This document shows positions 57,870-64,000 of a stretch of DNA of 64,000 nt, one piece after another. The position numbers were made by a program, and so were the translations under genes. Source of the DNA: Chrysomallon squamiferum (lineage: Eukaryota > Animalia > Mollusca); contig CM022671.1 of NCBI GenBank assembly GCA_012295275.1, forward strand, positions 12,400,001 through 12,464,000. Reading direction: 5' to 3'. Below the pieces are notes generated by a model. It did not search any database and was not told the DNA's origin. It was given only the letters and a program-made list of their open reading frames with translations. Position 1 is the first letter of the stretch; every line of letters starts with the position of its first letter.

Positions 57870-60800
57870 ATGGCTCCTAAGAAGAAGAAGAAGTCTGCGA
57901 AGCTTAAAATGACAGATGAAGAAAGAATTGCATATGAAGAGCAAAAACGTTTAGCAGAAGAAGAGATGAGGAAGAAAAAGGAAGACATGTTGGCCCAATT
58001 TCTGAAAGTAAATAGAGCACCATTTGATTAAGAATTATTACCAAAATATTAGAAATAGATAAAAGCATATATATAATAAACATGTGCATTAGATATTACA
58101 CAAAAATATTTATTTTCATGTTATTTAACTATATATAATACAATCAACATAATAGAAATGCTGTGCCATATTTTGGTGAATATAAATATATATAAAATCA
58201 GAATTTTCACTGGTCAAGACAAATAAGTTTTTTCAATCCTCTGTTATCTTATTGAACAGAATTAACTGTAGTAATTTATGACTGAAGCTTTGTCCAAATA
58301 ACCATAACAATTTAAAAACATAAATAGTTTCCTCTTATAGGACAAATTAACAAAAGAAGAAAAAGCAACACGATTCAATCTGAACAAACTCAATCATCAA
58401 TGGAGAAACATTATGAGGGAATCCAAATCCCGTGAGTTGAAAAAAGACATTGAAATTCTCAGCCAGACATTTGAGAGAGTTGTGGATCGGAAAGATGCTG
58501 TCATCAAGTCCTTGGCTAAAGATATCATGGAGGCTGAGGAGCAGTATGCTATGTGCTTGAGAAGTCATCTGCAGAATGTTGACAGCTTAATAGGTATCAC
58601 TGCAAACCAGGAAATGTTGTTAAATTCAATTTTTTTTAGAAATTACTTTTCAAAAGTAAATTTGAAGTAAATAATTTTGCAGCCATATTTTAAAAATTAA
58701 TTTGATGTTATTCAATGTATTTCAGTTTAAAACTAACATTATATATGAAAAAACATTTGTTGCATATGAAACATCCATTCTAGTCAATGGATAACAGAAG
58801 TATAAAAAATTGTGATAGGCTTTTCTTTTTCGCATTAAGTCACAACCGCCACCTAAAAAACCCTCAACAACAAACAAACAAACAAAAAATACCTTGTATA
58901 ACAAATCTAGATAATAAAATGTGTTAACATATGTTATTTATTCATGACAGATCTGCAGAGACAGAGATTGGAAGCTCTGAAGGAACAGTATGAAACTGAA
59001 CTTGCTATTATCAGAGAAGAATTTGATACTGAAAGAGCTATGATATTGGAACAAAGCCAAAAGGAAATGACTGATATTGATGATATTTTATTTGCTATGG
59101 AGCAGAATTTCCAAGAACGTGAAAATGAGGCAAAGTCTGACTTTCAGAGCATGAGAGATGAAATTAAAAATAAGGTAATCTATTCATATGAATTTAATGA
59201 TTTCATCAGCTTTGAACCTTTGAATAACTTCACCGAACATTTCAGTGATCATGATTTTTATTTCCCCTGTACCTGTAGAATCTGCAGCATGTTATATCAC
59301 ATTTTCATCATCTTCATCTACTGTAGTTGAAATTTTGTCTTTAGAAGCAAATATCCTTCTCAGAGGTGAACAGGTTCATTATAATTTCTTAAGTATTATA
59401 TTTTTTACAAATTCTTTCTTGTAAAGTTTTCAGTATTTTTAAAACATGTAATCCATCTTTATATGGTAAATCCAATTATCAACAAATCTAAAGCTAAGCA
59501 TTTTCACTGTTAAATATTATTAAGAAAAAATGTATTTGTAATGCACATTAAAATAGCATCCAAAATAGCAATTTTTGTTAATATTTATTTAACTGGTTGG
59601 AATGTGTTTGTTTGTTTCTAAATCAGTATTTTTTTATTTATTTAAATAGAATCTTGAAGAGAAGCATGCACTGCGTGTTGTACTTGAATCCAAGGTTGAT
59701 GACCTATGGCAGCAATTTAGACAAGCCCTGCAGAACTACAATGAAACAACAGAAGAAAGAAAAGTAGCATTTGAAAATCTCAAAATTAAAGATGAAAAAA
59801 GTGCCAAAGAAATTGAATTACAGATGAGAAAACTTCAAAGAATATCAGTAAGTCTTGAATTTACAAATTTGGGTAGAGTGAAAGATTATATTTTATGACA
59901 ACACCAATTTCAAGCTTTTACATTTGTACAGATGTTATTTCTTCCACTGTTGAAATTAAACATTTGATATATATATATATAGTTTATTAAGTGCAAAACT
60001 AAATTAATATTGGGTTGAATTCTATTAGCCATCCAGACCCTAGACTAAGTAAAAAATGACTGAATTAGCAAATCTTTGAATTAGCAAATAATATTGTAAT
60101 TATACCAGTTAATATGATTTTTGGTTTTAGGATCAAATTGCAACATTAAAGTCAAAAATGGCAAACACTGCAAAAGAATGTGAAGAACGAAATAGAGCAT
60201 TAAAAGAGGTTGGTAAAGCATTTCCTATTTTTTGAGCTTTTTAATAATAGCTATAACAAAAACAGTTTGGCAAATGTAGTAAAATAAAAAAAGACTGCAA
60301 AATGAAATGGAACACTTGATTCAAAATTATAACAGGACATGCAGTATAAAATTAAATTTGTAACTTATCTTAGTTGTTTTACAATGCAGTATTACAGTTG
60401 ATAAATATTTTCAAATTTCAATTTGTCTTAAAGGGACTTTTGTTTGTCAAAGTTTAATAATTATTTCCAAAGATTTTCTTACAGATGTACGAGTGGAGAA
60501 AACAAATATAGAAAAATAACTTTCTTGTTAAAATTCATAAGTTGTTTTGTTTTGATTTTGATTTATTTATTATAATTTTTTTAATTTTAATTAAGTTGTT
60601 ATTGGTAATTTGGAATGTTTGGTATGTTTTGTAATTTTTGGAATCTTATGTTTTGTTGATAAAATTTATTTTTTATTATTGTTGTTTTTTGATAGGAACG
60701 TGAGAAAATGCTAGCTCACTTCCAGGATTTGAAGGCTCAGATGAATAAACTGAGAGATGCAGAACGTGATAAACTCACTAAGTTAACACTAGAAAGCAAT

Positions 60801-62430
60801 GCTGCCATTAAAGAACTGAAACGCCAGAAAGAAAAGGTATAATAACATGATTAGTATCAGGTAATTAATTGTACAGTGGTGATTAAGCATTTTAGATTTA
60901 GTTATTAAAAGTATTTAGCAGAAGACAGAGTGTCTGGAAAATGAAATAGGTGTATTTATAGAAGTTATGATTTATGTGTATTTTGATAGTCATAAATTTT
61001 GCCATATAAGAGAGTGAATCTTTATGATTTGTTTTTAGGTACTTTTAATATGTTAATGAATTTAAATTCTTTAAAACTTGCGTAGGCTGAACTAATTCTG
61101 CGATTAGCTGAGATGTGTAGAAAACTGGAGACTGAGGAAGAGAAAGTTTTGCCATTTTATGCATCTTCACTTACTACAGAAGAGCAGGATGACATCAAAG
61201 CAGCCATAATGGAAGAGCACACAGAACCTTTGTCTTTGGTTTGTTATTATGTCACTTTTATTTTTAAGCTGATATTCAAATAATTTTTGTCAGTGATGGA
61301 CCAAGGGAGACAGAACTTATCAAATATTTTCTACCTGAATTTATAGTCAAACAAATTTTATTGTGAAGTTATATCTACCAGACTCTTTGGTAATCATATA
61401 TCTCTCCTTGTGTCTAGCTAATAATTGGAATAATAGTTAATTCTAAAAATAATTTAGTTTAGTATTATCAATGGAATTTTACTGCATTTAAATAAACAAA
61501 AAGTTTCCTTGGTATTTATAGCTTATCACAGCTGTTGTTTAAAATATCCATCCAAATTTCATTTAAAAATTGGTGTAATGTGTAAAATACAAGTTTTATT
61601 TAATTAGCAAATATTCATCATCATTAAAAATCTGAACTCATGAAATTTAGCTATTCAAGAGAATATCAACTGCATTTGCTTCTACAAAACCACGTCTTTT
61701 TTTCTATAATACAATGCTATTTATAATTGTCAGCTTATTGAGATATTAAAAACAAATAATATTAAAATAATGTTTTTAAAAGCAGAAACATGATTTGATT
61801 TAATATAATACATAATAATAAATGAACTCAAACACACCATATACTTGACTTGTTGTTTAGATCATGCATGAATATTCATCTCTGGAAAACTGGAGAAAAC
61901 GACATGACAAAGTTCTTCTCGACAAGCTAGCCCTGGACAAAGAGAAGCAGACATTACTGCAAGAGAATCAACAGCTTCGCACACTGCTCAAACAATACCT
62001 TGATGGAATATCAGTCAATGATGAAATTCTCTCACAAGTCAACCCATTGTTTATCATCAACAACAAAACTAATGTCAAGTAGGTGTCATTAGTCTACATG
62101 CTTAATAATTTCTTTTCAGTTTGATTTTTATATTGTGTAATCATTACACTGTAATGTGTGTTTGACAAAATTACATAAAAAATACACACATACACACACA
62201 CACATACACATACACATACATATATATATATATAAATATATAGATCATATGAATTGTTTTAAATTAAAAATATCTATTACCAATATCAATCATTTTTTTT
62301 AATGTATATTAATATTTATTTTGTTTTGTTTTCCAGACTTACTGCATCTGTAGCAGATCCACGCATACGGCGACCTGCCCCACAGACAGTTATAGAAGCA
62401 GCACATGTTGTTAAATATATATTACCATGA
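57870..62430 (+). CDS. CCDC65: Coiled-coil domain-containing protein 65 / dynein regulatory complex subunit 2 (DRC2), about 498 aa
   Basis: Exons 57870-58007, 58341-58593, 58951-59174, 59650-59847, 60131-60208, 60696-60836, 61086-61238, 61861-62078 and 62337-62430 (1497 nt). Motifs [58 protein letters not shown] and [17 protein letters not shown]. Confidence 0.95.
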
Positions 62431-63072
62431 TCCTATTGAAAACATATTTATCACTGATAAATGATTTTTAAGATTTTAATTTATTTTTCTCAAGTTCCTG
62501 ACGTAATAAATTTAATATGTTTATTTTTATATTTGAAAATGTTTTCATGTAATTATAAATTTTGAAAAAGAATCGTAGGAATTTCAGTGCCAGATAATGG
62601 ATATATATATCTAGAAAATGAAACAAGAGTATTTTTGCTATTGTTTTAAAGAGTATCTTTAATAATAGAAATAATAATAATCATTTTGTTTTTGATATTT
62701 CTAAATGATTGCTATATTTGTCCAAATAACTATTTTATGTTAATTATAAAAGATTACAGTAAAGTACCTGACATTCCGAGAAGAGATTTTATTGTGACCT
62801 TATTTCTTAAGGAAATGTAGAAAAATATATATGAAACTAATGATATAGCAATTTTGCAAAATTTGCTCAGTCTGTCAAGATTTCGCTTTTTAAGTTTTCT
62901 CTGTATGAAATGACGTCATGATAAAAGCTAAAATAATTGTCACCAAGCATCTAAGATGTAATTATTTTATTATCATGCATTGTTATCATCAGCAGACAGT
63001 AATACAGTTATCTACATTTAAGTTTTTTGTATAAGCTTTCACAAATACTCTGTTCTTGTACTTCTGTACATT

Positions 63073-63451
63073 ATGGCTAATGCTTCATGTCATTTCAAAA
63101 CAAGTGATTCGGTAACTGAATTATTTCTTTTTGTGGTGCAGTGTAATCTTCTGCATTAATAACTCAGTTGTTAAAAAATAGTAATATTTAATGTTGGTCA
63201 ATGTGAACAGAAAACAAAAATATGTATTTGAATTTGTGAACATAAATAAAAATTGAATACCATTAGTATTGCATTTTTGGTTATCATTATAGACAAAAAA
63301 AAAGAAGATAAAAAACAACAACATCAAACAACCCAACCCCACCAAAAAACAACAACAAAATATATAAATAAACAAACAAATAAAATACCCACATACTGTG
63401 TATGTTTACGTTCATTGCTGTTAAAATATACAGGTATTATGGGCTGACATG
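63073..63451 (+). CDS. Probable 5' end of an unidentified gene running off the window
   Basis: ATG 63073 to donor TCG|GTAACT at 63111 (MANASCHFKTSDS), then an 18-nt exon 63434-63451 (CAG|...|GTAAGT; VLWADM) in phase 0. Perfect CRE TGACGTCA at 62911-62918 upstream. Confidence 0.35.
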
Positions 63452-64000
63452 GTAAGTAACTTGTATTAAGTATATTTTAGTAGATACTTATATGATGCTG
63501 AATACTAAGGGGGGGGGAGTCAGTGGGCTACTCTGAAATTGACAGCTAGCATTGTATCTTTTGCACGAACGTTTTTATTAGTGAGTACAGTCATAATATG
63601 TTTTGATAAAAACATGGGGAACTTGTTAGGAGATTTTGAAATGAGTAAAATGTAGAATCAACTGGTTTATATATTTAATTAACCCAGCGATCAGTGACTG
63701 AAACATATGGTATTCATTCAGTTTAGGTTTTACTCGGTATCTTTCTACGGTTTCTTATTTTACTTCTAGTGCTAATATGAAAGACTAAAATCTGCAAGAT
63801 ATGTACTATCTGGTAGTTGTTAATAAAGGGGTTTATTTTAATACATTTTTCAAGAATTCCCATCGTGGCAATATCAAGAAATTTCTTCTGATAATGTATG
63901 CCAAGACTGATTTCAAATCGTTTGAGTTTATTTGTAGCGATGGAAAAAGGGGTTTCGCAGGGTTGTGAACAGCATTTCCCTACTTTTTAATTTCAATTTT

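Overview
AT-rich eukaryotic (metazoan) genomic DNA with GT-AG spliceosomal introns. Gene content and CpG depletion suggest an invertebrate, probably a mollusc (inference). It is not prokaryotic, and most entries in the ORF track are exon fragments or spurious. Gene order from hand-spliced exons: 3' end of MGST3 (+), NAA25 (-, 28 coding exons), an intron-containing DUF4291-family gene of mainly microbial type (+), TIMM10 (-), a TRAFD1/XAF1-like zinc-finger gene (+), TMEM134 (-), MIF (+), a rolling-stone-like membrane protein gene (+), a duplicated MIF pseudogene lacking exon 2 (+), CCDC65/DRC2 (+) and the probable 5' end of another gene. Mobile remnants are a Tigger/pogo deletion derivative, a decayed Tc1 transposase and two inverted copies of a hAT-type MITE. 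The most interesting signals are the DUF4291 gene lying inside a NAA25-TRAFD1 divergent pair also found in human, a consensus ISRE in the TRAFD1-like 5' region, the exon-2-deleted MIF copy with near-intact exons 1 and 3, and an X-box at CCDC65. All calls come from reading and translating the sequence by hand; no searches were run.
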